Assembly (NCBI RefSeq): GCF_032191835.1 | Contig: NC_083240.1 | Location: 25,358,001-25,422,000, forward strand | Length of the DNA: 64,000 nucleotides | Reading direction: 5' to 3' | Source: Heteronotia binoei | Lineage: Eukaryota | In this document: one piece after another, positions 51,834-62,954 of the stretch | Layout of the letters: each line of letters begins with the position of its first letter | How positions within the stretch are numbered: the first letter of the stretch is position 1 | Made by a program: the position numbers and the translations under genes | Notes under the pieces: model-generated | Seen by the model: the letters and a program-made list of their open reading frames with translations, nothing else | The model's database searches: none | What the model was told of the DNA's origin: nothing

Positions 51834-52044
51834 TGAACATATGAAGCTGTCTATACTGAATCAGACCCTGGGTCCATCAAAGTCAGTATTGTCTACTCGG
51901 ACTGGCAGCGGCTCTCCAGGGTCTCAAGCGGAGGTTTTTCAAGCCTATTTGCCTGGACCCTTTTTAGTTGGAGATGCCAGGGATTGAACCTGGGACCTTC
52001 TGCTTACCAAGCAGATGCTCTACCACTGAGCCACTGTCCCTCCC
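51834..52044 (-). mobile_element. tRNA-derived SINE family A
   Basis: Family similarity. Confidence 0.85.
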
Positions 52045-52156
52045 TAAATTCCTTCTTTTGCTACAAAAAAAGCCCAGAGTACAATAAGAAAATCAAGGTC
52101 CCTGCCCCATGGAGTTTAGAGTATAATTTATCCATTTTAGGGATGTTGAGTGTATG

Positions 52157-52618
52157 CAGGAGTCATTTCATAGAAAAAAAGGTGCCAGAGCTCATTAGCA
52201 CAGCTTATTTGCATAACTCATTTGCATATACCACACACCCCTGACATCACCAGAAGGTGGACTAAATTATATCAGCTCAGCATCTACCTTAAAATGCTTC
52301 TTGAATTATAATTGTCATAATAAAATCTTATTCCCATCATACTTTTTAGGTAACTTTCTCCTATATGGCCAGTGGCATGATGAAGATTTCCATCTGTCTG
52401 CTCTATTTGCTTTGGTATTTTCCCATTTTTGTGCGGAAAAATATTAGAAAGTTTGTCAAATCTTAAAGCTCAGCAAAATTCTCACGGGGGGGGGGGGGGT
52501 TGAACCATGGAGGCCAGAAGCAAGTATTTGGGGGGGGGGGGTAAGAAGGGAAGAGCACAATAAAATTTAGAGGTTCCAGAGCTCCGCTCCTGTGAGCTCC
52601 TGCCCAAAATGAGGCCTG
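52157..52618. mobile_element. Non-autonomous hAT transposon
   Basis: caggagtcattt / aaaatgaggcctg ends; perfect 8-bp TSD agtgtatg. Confidence 0.85.
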
Positions 52619-54288
52619 AGTGTATGTATGATTTACTTTACTTTATTCGATTTATATCCCGCCCTACCCCTAAATGCAGCCTAAATTCAAAAGGAAGGGG
52701 AAGATAATCAAAGAACGTTAAAGAAGCCCACACTCAGCAAGAGAAGAGATGTGCAAAAGCAAACACCTTTTACTGTGATCCATTCTAGAGGAGTGGTTTT
52801 CTAATCCTGTTCCTTATCTCAGACACTTCAGGGAATGAATGAATTGGTAATGATTAATCGGCTTATCTGAGAGGTACTCTGTGTCTTCTCCTGCCACCTA
52901 CATGTGTACACAAGTTGCTGCCCAAGTTGCAACTGAGTTATGGCAACCCCAGCAAGGAGCTTTCAAGTCAGGCAAAAAGCAGAGGTAGTTCGACCTTGCC
53001 TTCCTCTCCAGAGCCTTCCTTGGTGGTTTGTCTTCAAACACTAACCCTGCTTCTCTTACAGTCTTATGACATCAAACTATACTGTACTGCTTTCCCTCCC
53101 TCTTCTGCCACAGTGCTGTCCTGAGGGGGTTAGCACTCCTCCCAAACTTACTGCATGCCTTAAAATATGCTCTCCCATCATTTGCAATGCAGAAAAGCTT
53201 GCAGGCTGGGGTTTCTCAACAGGCAAATCAGCAAAGGAGCATTCCCTGGAGGAAAAGAAACCACTACTTTTAGAAGGTCAGCACACAGACCAGGTGCTCT
53301 ATTCACAAAGCAAATTGTGACCACTGAACAGATGATCTCCATCCTGCTGTAGCAATACCCTCCCATTTTGCAAACTCTTCATTGGGGGGGGGGATTTATT
53401 AGTCTGGACCACCCTAAACCAAATGGCACCCCAGGCAAGGAAAACCTTTGACACCCCCTACCTCTACATGATCAAGTCTTGGATATTGTATTTTATCAAT
53501 GCATTTTGTGGCCCATTTCATGATGCTGATGCACAGGTTTGTGCACCTGAGTCATCCTTGTCATATTAGACCATCATGTGAATTTACTGCTTACCAATCT
53601 CATGTTTTTGCGGCACTGATGACATGACAATCACAGACATGCAGGCCCAGCTGGAAAGCAATGTTGGCTGTGAAGCAGAAGAACCAAATTTGAATTCAGT
53701 GGCACCTTTAAGACCGACAAAGTTTTATTTAAGGTATAAGCTTGATTCAAGGAATAGGTTTTACTGAAGGTATGAGTGCAAGCACACTTCTTCAGATACA
53801 GTGAAACAGAATCCCCTCAACCATTATAGCGACGGTGGGGGGGTTAGTTGCCCGGAAGGGACAATTAGAATCAAAACAGACAGATACAAAACTGGAAATT
53901 ACCAGTTCCTCCTTATAGGTAGTGTGTGAGTAAATTATCATACAGCATAATGAACATGTGGATTCAAGGATCAATAAGCTTAGTTTGTTTGAGTTCAGTT
54001 CTGGGGGAAAAACAGTGAAGGAAATACACATGTCAAAATTGGAGATTGATGTATCTTTAACTGTAGAATGCTGACAATAATTAACTGAGACCCTGACATC
54101 TGTCTCCTTTCAAGCATGGAGGCAACTTTATAGCATCTTCTTCTTTGAAGTGGGGCAATTGGCTGTGCAGATTTATCTCCCCATCCCCAGACCAGAAAAA
54201 TACATTCTCATTTTTACTATTTGTTACCTTCCATTACAATCTACTATTCTAATCTATTATTCCAAATAAGAGATTAAATAAAATCTTT

Positions 54289-54501
54289 GGGGAGGGACGG
54301 TGGCTCAGTGGTAGAGCATCTGCTTGGGAAGCAGAAGGTCCCAGGTTCGATCCCTGGCATCTCCAAGTAAAAAGGGTCCAGGCAAATAGGTGTGAAAAAC
54401 CTCAGCTTGAGACCCTGGAGAGTCGCTGCCAGTCTGAGAAGACAATACTGACTTTGATGGACCAAGGGTCTGATTCAGTATAAGGCAGCTTCATATGTTC
54501 A
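54289..54501 (+). mobile_element. tRNA-derived SINE family A (Squam-type), full length
   Basis: A box tggctcagtgg, B box ggttcgatccc, 140-nt body, catatgttca end. Confidence 0.85.
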
Positions 54502-54688
54502 AAATGGCCGTTCTGGGAGATTGGTGAGAACAGAGATGTAAGTGATGAATGAGGTTAACATATGTAGTGAGGTAAGAAACCAATATCCCTGTTAAGTCTT
54601 GGGGATTCCATTGTTCTCTGTGTTGTAATAACTTGTAATTCAGCAATTTTCCTTTCTACTCTGCTCCTGAAGTTTCTCTGCAATAAAA

Positions 54689-54987
54689 GGGAAAAAAGGA
54701 AAGGTCCCCTGTGCAAGCACCAGTCATTGCCAACTCTGGGGTGACGTCGCTTTCACAACGTTTTCATGGCAGACTTTTTGTGGGGTGGTTTGCCATCGCC
54801 TTCCCCAGTCTTTTTACACTTGCTCCCCAGCAAGCTGGGTACTCATTTTACCAACCTCGGAAGGATGGAAGGCTGAGTCAACCTTGGGCCGGCTACCTGA
54901 ATCCAGCTTCTGCTGGAATTGAACTCAGGTTGTGAGCAGAAAGTTCAGACCACAGTACTGCTGCTTTACCACTCTGCGCCACGGGGC
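54689..54987 (-). mobile_element. Sauria SINE, full length
   Basis: Complete head gccccgtggcgcagagtgg; flanking tgcaataaaa direct repeat. Confidence 0.88.
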
Positions 54988-55799
54988 CGCTTTTGCAATA
55001 AAATTACTTTAAGGTCACCCACTGAACATCCTGGATGGCTGAAGTGTTCTCCCACAGGTTTCTCAGTCTTTTGGCTCTTGATGTTAGATTTGTATTCATC
55101 GATCCTTTGGCACAGAGCTTAACCTTCATACAGGGTATTTATTAAACAGACAGTGATGTCATACAGGTCAGTGTTACCAGAGTGCAGCTGAAGATGAACT
55201 GCCCAGTGGCTGGATGGATGGGAAGCATCCCCAAGTTCAGCCCACCCACCTGCCCCTAAATTCTGCATGACAAATTCTAGAGAGGTAGCTAAGTGAATCA
55301 GCTGCAGACAAAATAACAGAGTCCTGTGGCATTTTAAGGACGACCATGTTTATTGCTCCACAAGCTTTCATTATTGTTATTTCCCTGCCTTTTGCATCTC
55401 AAAGGCACACTTAACCGATCTCCACCCGTCAACCACATACAATAACATTTGTTGCATTTGTAGAATTTATGGCAGTTGTGGAGCACAGGAATTCTGTCCC
55501 CTCCACCACACCACACACGACAAAAACCTCGAGTGAGAAGGACTATCACTTTCCTTCCACACCTCCATTGCAGAAAAAAGATGCTGTGCTTCAAAGAGAA
55601 AGACAGAAAACAAGTTTCTTCAATAAACTCAAATCAAAACAGCTCGCCCCCTCCCCAACCATTGCATACTCGTGTCGAATGTAAGCCTCCCCATCAGCTG
55701 TCTTAACCTCTCTAAAACTGAAAACAATGCTTGGCTCGCTAATCACAAAACACAGCCTCCGCATTGCCTAAGCAACCACAGCGAACAATTTTTGAATTA

Positions 55800-56027
55800 A
55801 AAAAAAAATCTGTCCAACAGCGACCTCTAGCGTCCAGCCCTTGAACCAACACAACTCGCCTCCTAACCACTGAGCCACACGAACAACTCCTAGAACGTAT
55901 AGCTAGGTCACGCCCTTCTCACCTAAACGTGCCACGGAAGTGAGCAGCACTTCCGCTTCTAGCCCCGCCTTTTCATTCTGTTGTTACTCTACCCCTCCCC
56001 CCTCCTGGTTCCCGGCTTCGAGACCAA
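55800..56027 (+). promoter_or_regulatory. MRPS17 promoter and non-coding exon 1 (donor at 56028)
   Basis: CpG-rich. Inverted ETS pair CGGAAGTG (55935-55942) / CACTTCCG (55948-55955), GC box, CAA|GTAAGT donor, CTCF-like 19-mer at 55818-55836. Confidence 0.7.
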
Positions 56028-56301
56028 GTAAGTTTCGCGGGGGGGGGGGGGTGGCCGGCGCGGAAGGAAGGGGAGTAGGGGGCGCCCTGGTAGGGGGGGG
56101 GGGCTGAGGGTCGAGCCCCGCCAAGGGGGGTGGGCAGTTGGACAGGGATGGCACCGTGAGCAGATAACTGTGGAGGAGAGCCGGTTGGTATGGCAATAGT
56201 GTACCATCAAGTACCAACTGACTTCGGCGACCTGTCGTGGAGTTTTCAAGGCAAGAGGTGAGCAAAGGTGATTTGCCGTTGCCTGCCTCTGCAGCCAGTA
56301 A

Positions 56302-56451
56302 GGCTGCAATCATACAGACACACACACTAAATAATGCACTTTTGATCCACTTTCAGTGCGCTTTCCAGCTGTGTGAACTGTCAAAAATCCAGTTGGAAAG
56401 CACATTGAAACTGGATTGAAAGTGCGTTATTTAGTGTGTGTGATCACAGAC
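56302..56451. mobile_element. Palindromic Harbinger-like MITE
   Basis: acacactaaataatgcact...agtgcgttatttagtgtgt fold-back; taa/tta flanks. Confidence 0.65.
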
Positions 56452-56937
56452 TTAGCCTGTCGGATTCGGCGCCACTTGATGTGGGGCACGGCCACTGGTC
56501 TTTTTATTTATTTTCTATTTATTAAATTGGATTTTAGAATCATAGAGTTGGAAGGAACCTCCAGGGTCATCTAGTTCAACCCCCTGCAGAGATTTTGAAC
56601 TTCCTCTCTAAAAAACAGGGCAATGTACACCATGGAATAAATTAATATAATACATGATTAAAACTAGCAAAAACAGAACTATCAGCCTAAAAGATGATAT
56701 GAAGAATTTCAGTTGTGCCACTGCCTCGTGGAGAGGCAGGGAGTAGAAGCGCCAGGAAGATGGAACTGTCACTGTCTTCAACCAAACACCTGGCAGAACA
56801 TCTTTGCCTTACTTGGCAGACAGTTCTGCTTGGGTGGGAAATTAGGAAGAGCTCTGGAAGATTGGGCATTCTTTCAACAAGAAGCTCTAATATATGCCTT
56901 TATTTGTGTTTGAAATATCAGCGATGTAACAATGGTT

Positions 56938-57152
56938 GTGCTGATCTGGATAGCTCAGGCTCTTTTCAGATCTCAGAAGCTAAGCAGGGTTGGACCTGGT
57001 TAGTATTCGGATGAGAGGCTACTAAGTAATACCAGGGTCATGACACAGAGATGGGCAATGAAAAGCCACTTCTGTTCATCTCATAGCTTGAAAATCCTAC
57101 AGGGTTGCTATAAGTCGACTGTGACTACTTGATGGTACTTTACACATACACA
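56938..57152 (+). mobile_element. 5S rRNA-derived SINE
   Basis: cagatctcagaagctaagcagggttggacctggttagtattcggatgagagg matches the 5S internal control region; BovB-like tail. Confidence 0.75.
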
Positions 57153-57943
57153 ACGGTGTACTTCAGAGTTGTTTCTAAATACAGGGACATTTAGACATGG
57201 TAACTACAATGGCATCTCTGGTTTCCTTGTGATTGCTGAAAGTTGAATGGGAGGGGAGGGATGTTTCCTTTGTGCCCTGCTTCTAGGCTTTAGTATAAAT
57301 GGAGCCCTGTTGAATCAGACCCAAAAGTCCTTGTACTGTGACATAGGTCTCCTTGCTCCTGTTCCAACACTCAAAACTGTATAAACTGGCTTAATAAATG
57401 AAAAGCAAAACCAGAGTTTCAGCGTTTGAGTCCATTGCATGTGTTCCGGAGTCAAGGCAGACTAGTTGTTCTGGAGTAACTTGTTTTTAAATTGGAGCTA
57501 TTTAGTTTGGGAGGGTTCATTTAGCTGTGGTGCTTACATGACTCATGTGCTATTACAGAAGCATTGGCTTTTGGGCCATCATCACGACAGTGCACTGGGA
57601 AAACATTCTATCCCTGCTACCAAATTGCTCCCTTTCAAGAACATGCCTTGCAAACCAAACTTGTATTTAGCCTGCCTATGTATGCATGAGCGCCAAGTTT
57701 TGTAAGCAGTCTTTGTGTGGTTGCCTTAGAAAGATTCTTACTTGCTGCTGGTCACCCAGAAAAATGACCATTTTGGGGACTGATTTTAGTAAAAGAAAAA
57801 GTCTTTCATTTTGGTGAGAAGTCAAGACCCATTAATCAAAGGAAGAAACCTCAGAGTCATCCAGTGCCAAATTACTGTGACTACCAAGAATCCTGAAATA
57901 TCTTTGTCAAAATAAAAACCATGATCATTCTCATCTTCTCTGG

Positions 57944-58500
57944 ACCTCCAGGGTCATCTAGTTCAACCCCCTGCAGAGATTTTGAACCGCCTTCCCCTCT
58001 AAAAAAAAGGGCAATGTACACCATGGAATAAATTAGGCTTGGATATAGAATGTGGCAGCAGAGTTTGCCTTTTTCACTGCTGCAGCACACTGAATTGACC
58101 CTTTCATTGAGCTATCTACTACAACTCCAAGATCTTTTCCCCTCTCAGTCTCAGCAAGTTCAAACCCCATTAGCCTATGCTTGAAGTTGGGATTTTTTTT
58201 CCCGTCCCAGTGTGCCTTACGCTTACCAGCACTGAACTTCATTTGCTGCATAGTTTGCCTACTCACCCAGTCTATGGAGATCCTCTTGGAGCTCTTTACA
58301 GTCAGCCTTGGTTTTAACCATCCTGAATAATTTTGTGTCATTTGCAAACTTAATCACTACATTACTCACCCTTAGTACCAGATCATTTATGAATAAATTA
58401 AATAATGCCGATCCCAGTATCAATCCTTGTGGGACCCCATTGCTTACTTTGCTCCATTGTGAGAACTGTGAGAACGAGGCACTGATAAATACTTTCCTCT
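57944..58500 (-). mobile_element. CR1 LINE fragment (RT C-terminal region)
   Basis: WSKVSNGVPQGLILGSALFNLFINDL...KFANDTKL on the minus strand. Confidence 0.82.
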
Positions 58501-58849
58501 GCTTGAGCCTCAACCAGTCAGAGTAGACAGTGGTGAGCTGATCTGGTATAAGAAGATCAACAGCGTGCCTTCAGGTTGCAGCTGAATCATGGCAGCCCCA
58601 TCCATGAGGCATTCCAGGCAAGAGACAAGCAGAGGTGGTTTACCATTGCCTTCCTCTGTATAGCAACCCCAGTCTGCCTTGGTGGTCTCCCATCCAAGTT
58701 CTAACTGTGGCCACCTCTGCTTAACATTAAAGTTCTGATGAGCTCAGGCTACGCTGGTGTAGTTTATGGTTTTGAAAGGTGCTGGAGTCACTGTTGGATG
58801 GATACTTCCAATTCCTGACAGCCAGAATTGATACTTATAGGGCCATGGG

Positions 58850-59175
58850 ACACCAGCTGCCGGAAGAAGTGAGGGCCCTGCGGGACCTTGGGCAGTTCCG
58901 CAGTGCCTGCAAGACAGCCCTCTTCTGGCTGGCCTATAACTAACTGACATTGGAAACTTTATGGAAGGTTGTAGTGTATCATTTTGGCAGAACGCTTGTT
59001 CTATATGTTTTATTATTTCACTGTTTTAAATTGTCTAAATTGATGTATTTTTAAAGTAATTGTTGTAAATTGATGTATTTTAAAGCCAGACTTTATGTTA
59101 GATTTTATATGTTGTGAGCCGCCCTGAGCCGCTTCGGCGGGAAGGGCGGGATATAAATTGAAATAAACTGAAACT
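58850..59175 (+). mobile_element. L2 3' end immediately upstream of the MRPS17 exon 2 acceptor
   Basis: [29 protein letters not shown] plus terminal tgtgagccgccctgagccgcttcggcgggaagggcgggatataaat. Confidence 0.82.
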
Positions 59176-59223
59176 GAACTGGTCATGTAGAGAGTTTTCC
59201 TTCTTTCCTCCCATAGCCGGAGC

Positions 59224-59346
59224 ATGTCTGCGTTGCGTGGAGCGGTCCATGCCAAATGGATCATAGGGAAAGTCATTGGGACCAAAATGCAGAAGACTGC
59301 CAAAGTGAGAGTAACAAGGCTGGTGCTGGATCCTTACTTATTAAAG
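59224..59346 (+). CDS. MRPS17: MRPS17 coding exon 1
   Basis: Acceptor at 59215-59216, ATG at 59224, AAG|GTAAAG donor. Confidence 0.96.
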
Positions 59347-61743
59347 GTAAAGTATTCAAAGGGTGTTGGACAGAGTGGTTTATGTTGGGGCTCAGATATG
59401 GGAAAGCTGAGTTTAAATTCTCCTACAACTATGAAGGACTTCCTTCCTCCCTCCCTCTTTTACTTCTCTCTCCCTCCCCTGCTATCTTTCTCTTCCAACC
59501 GCAAATGATGCTTTATGGTGCTGGTTACATGGCTCAGCTAAGGTAAGGAGCTTGTAGTACTTGGGAGGGACTGTGGCTCATTGGTAGAGCATCTGCTTGG
59601 TAAGCAGAAGGTTCCAGGTTCAATCCCCGGCATCTCCAAAAAGGGTCCAGGCAAGAAGGCATGAAAATCCTCATCTTGAGACCCTGGAGAGCAGCTGCCA
59701 GTCTGAGAAGACAATACTGACTTTGATGGACCAAGGGTCTGATTCAGTATAAGGCAGCTTCATATGTTCATATGTTCATATATGTACTGTCTCTGAAATG
59801 GAGTAGGTCTTTGCTTGGGTAGTGCAAACATAACTGATGACCTGGCTATCCTGAGGGGTTCTGCTCCTCTTCCATTCAAGATAAAATAACAGTTAGCTTA
59901 TGAGAAAATGTGTATTTTGAAATGTAGAAAGTGGCAGCAGGGAGCTGCATAATTCCATTTCAAGATGCTGTTTAGTGCAAAGAGTGTCCAAAAATGTGTA
60001 CTTGCAGTGCTTAGATTTACATGCAGACAGTGTGAGCGCTGATGGACCAATGAACAAGACATCCTGGGGGAAGGGGTGTTTAAAGCACTTTGAGCTTCAT
60101 GGGGAAGTTGTGTTAGCTTGATACAGCAAAAATAAACAATATTTTTATTATATGAAGGAAGAGGAGCTAGCAGCTGCACAGTGGTGGTGGGCTAACAAGT
60201 CTTTATTCCTAGCATAAGCTTTTGTAGAATAGAACTCAGTGGGAATTTACAATTTGAAAGCAGCCTTGGAAACTGCTTTTGAATGGGTTGCGTGTAGGAT
60301 CCTGGGATTTCCATATTGTTAGGGATAATGGCTGCTTAGTTTATATCATGTATTTTCAGTTACAACATCCTCAGTACTTTAAAAATACATTAACAATTTC
60401 TTATCTTTCCTGTCCCATTCCCAACATGTTAGTCCCTGTGGCTGAGTGAATGCTTTAGTCCAGGAGTGGCCAACGGTAGCTCTCCAGATGTTTTTTTGCC
60501 TACAACTTCCATCAGCCCCAGCAAGCATGGCCAATGCCTGGGGCTGACGGGAGTTGTAGGCAAAAACATCTGGAGAGCTACCGTTGGCCAACCCTGCTTT
60601 AGCCCTTTCCTCCCAAGCTGAGATCTTTAATGTCCTGTGAGGCAAGCAGGGAGAAACCAGTTGCTGCTTTGTCATAGGTGTTAGAATGCCAGTTGCTTGA
60701 ATGCTGTGCCCTCCAGCACGCTCCTTCCAGGATGAGCTGTCCTCCATGACAGAGAAAACTGGAGTGCGATGGAGGGGAGCTAAGGCTGGCAGAATAATGG
60801 CGTAGGCCACTGAAGTGAGTTCATAGCTGAAAAGGAGATTTGAACTATGAACGTCACAGTTTAGTCGAATTCCAAACCTTTAATGGCATAACAATTGCAA
60901 ATAAGAGTACACAGAATGTAAAAAGTTAAACATAGGTGATCAAATCAAAAAGAAACAGAGATTATATGTGCATTTATACAAGATCAGATTTACATTTAAG
61001 AATGTCAACCGAAAATTTTGCCACAGCCTCAGTAACCTCCCACTGTCATTCAGTAAATAACGACAGGATGGCGGAGTAGATGGATCTGGGGAGAAAGAAA
61101 GCTTGCAAGATAGTTCCTTACGGAGATTATGATATATGGAACAATCAAGCAATATATGCTGAATTGAGTCGAGAATATTTGCTCCACAGGTACAGAGTCT
61201 ATCACATAAAGGTACTCAATGATATCTCCCCTGAAAGAATTTGGAGGGGAAGAGCTTAGTCATTATGCTATATTCTTACAATCAGTAAAAGGTTTTAGAT
61301 AAGTGACGGTATTTTAATTCATCCACATCTACATTGCTTCCTTCCAGTCCGAACGGAGTGCAGTTTGGGTGGGGGGAAAAGCTGATTGACAGTAAAGCTT
61401 TAAACTTATTTCACTCTAAACATAATTCTTCTGTCTTCTCCTGCAGTTCTATAACAAGCGGAAAACTTATTTTGCTCACGATCCTCAGCAGCAGTGCCTT
61501 GTGGGAGACATTGTCCTTCTGAAAGCTTTGCCAGTGCGGAGAAGCAAGCATGTGAAACATGAACTGGCAGAAATCGTGTACAAGGTTGGGAAAATTATTG
61601 ATCCTGTGACCGGGAAGCCCTGTGCCGGATCGAAACTCTTGGAAAGTGTAACAGACTCAGACTCAGAAAACCTCACCGATAGAGACACCAGCTTCCTTAG
61701 TGAAAAACTCCAAGAGCTCACTGTTTCCTCTTCGGATAAATGA
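59224..61743 (+). CDS. MRPS17: Mitochondrial ribosomal protein S17 (uS17m), complete, 139 aa
   Basis: join(59224-59346,61447-61743). [41 protein letters not shown]|[59 protein letters not shown]... GT-AG intron. Confidence 0.97.
59563..59785 (+). mobile_element. tRNA-derived SINE family A
   Basis: Family similarity; (catatgtt)n tail. Confidence 0.85.
60461..60596. mobile_element. Palindromic hAT MITE
   Basis: Sister of 45596; TSD ctttagtc/ctttagcc (7/8). Confidence 0.85.
60890..61330 (-). mobile_element. Degraded non-LTR retrotransposon 3' end with CCHC zinc knuckle (RTE-X-like)
   Basis: [39 protein letters not shown] on the minus strand. Confidence 0.65.
61447..61743 (+). CDS. MRPS17: MRPS17 coding exon 2 (to stop)
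   Basis: tcttctcctgcag acceptor; TGA at 61741-61743. Confidence 0.96.
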   Translation, partial: FYNKRKTYFAHDPQQQCLVGDIVLLKALPVRRSKHVKHELAEIVYKVGKIIDPVTGKPCAGSKLLESVTDSDSENLTDRDTSFLSEKLQELTVSSSDK

Positions 61744-61838
61744 AGGGGAGGCGAGGCTTTGTAAGATGGGACTTTCATGCCTCTATGAAGGGGTTGTATG
61801 TGGCATGGTGCTTCTGTGTTTTTAAAATGGTGGCAGTT

Positions 61839-61844
61839 AATAAA
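61839..61844 (+). terminator. Candidate MRPS17 polyadenylation signal
   Basis: AATAAA 95 nt after the stop. Confidence 0.55.
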
Positions 61845-62844
61845 ATGGAGTTAACTTACCTAGCTTTTGCTATGAACAGGAACATTCATTCTTCTTTTTT
61901 TTAAAAAAAAAAATCACAAATAACCATAAGTTGATTATTTATAGAAGTTTGAAGTCTTCTCTTTGCCAAGAAACCACTGGAGATTACATCATATAAAACT
62001 AGTATTGAATTTCAGGAAGTGCTATAAAACCTGCAGTCAAAAGCAGGTAAGAAAGTGCAAGGAAGAGGAGCTAGCAGGTGCACAGAGGAGTTGGGCATGC
62101 ATGATAGACTCTTCCTCCTCCATTAATAGTTGGATTCAGTTCTTTCACAGGAAGGCACTCAGAAGAAACATACACAGCTTGCCTTAGCAGCAGAGTCCAG
62201 TTGTGTTTTTGTGTTGAGCAAGAAGTCTTCTTGTGCTGGTGCCTCTTGTAGTGAATGAGAAGCTGATGGCCTTATGAAAATACACACGTCTATGTGAATA
62301 GTGCCCTAAAACCCTTATGTTGAACTCAGTAGAAAACACATTACATTTATGGAGCTAAACATCAGGAAGAACACAATCCATTTGGCAATATTGCTAGGCT
62401 GATAGGTTTTAATATCACCAGCTGAAAACCCTGAAGATCAGTGGTGCAAAACATTGGACTGGGTCATAGAGTTTTGGTGAGTAAGTATGGATTGTCCCAC
62501 AAAGATCTTCCTAACTGGGTGGGAAAGAGTTAGAATAGCCTGTCTGTTTGGGGAAAGTGCACAGAGTAAAATGAAGAGAGCATCCTTGCTTATGCCCATT
62601 CTTTTGAAGGGAGGGAGAATGCATGGGAATATATTCAGAGTTCAAAGAGCAGCACTCTCACAGATGGTCTAGTGGAGTAAAAAGACAGGCAGAAGAAAAA
62701 ATATTTGCTTTTGATGTCAGTATTTCCATATTTGCACTTATTTAAAGAAGGGGGCTTGTCAGTCCATGGCCATTATGTTTAAGATCCCTCTAGCATGTGC
62801 ATGAATTTGACATGCCCCCCTTTTAAAGTTTCAATAAATGGAAA

Positions 62845-62954
62845 GCGGTCTCTTTTTGTAGAAAAAGCCCAGCAGGGACTCATTTGCATATTAGGCCACA
62901 CCCCCTGATGCCAAGCCAGCCGGAATTGTGTTCCTGTTCAAAAAAAAAGCCCTG
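62845..62954. mobile_element. hAT MITE (relative of 47433/51237 family)
   Basis: tttgcatattaggccacaccccctgatg core; perfect 8-bp TSD aatggaaa. Confidence 0.8.

Noticed and set aside
54289-54365. tRNA genes (cloverleaf-like heads with A and B boxes; also at 59563, 49081, 52044)
   Set aside because: Each continues into the same roughly 140-nt body and tail and the anticodon region varies among copies. They are SINE heads, not tRNA genes.
56938-57040. 5S rRNA gene
   Set aside because: Diverged and 5'-incomplete, no oligo-T terminator, and fused to a retroposon tail. It is a SINE.
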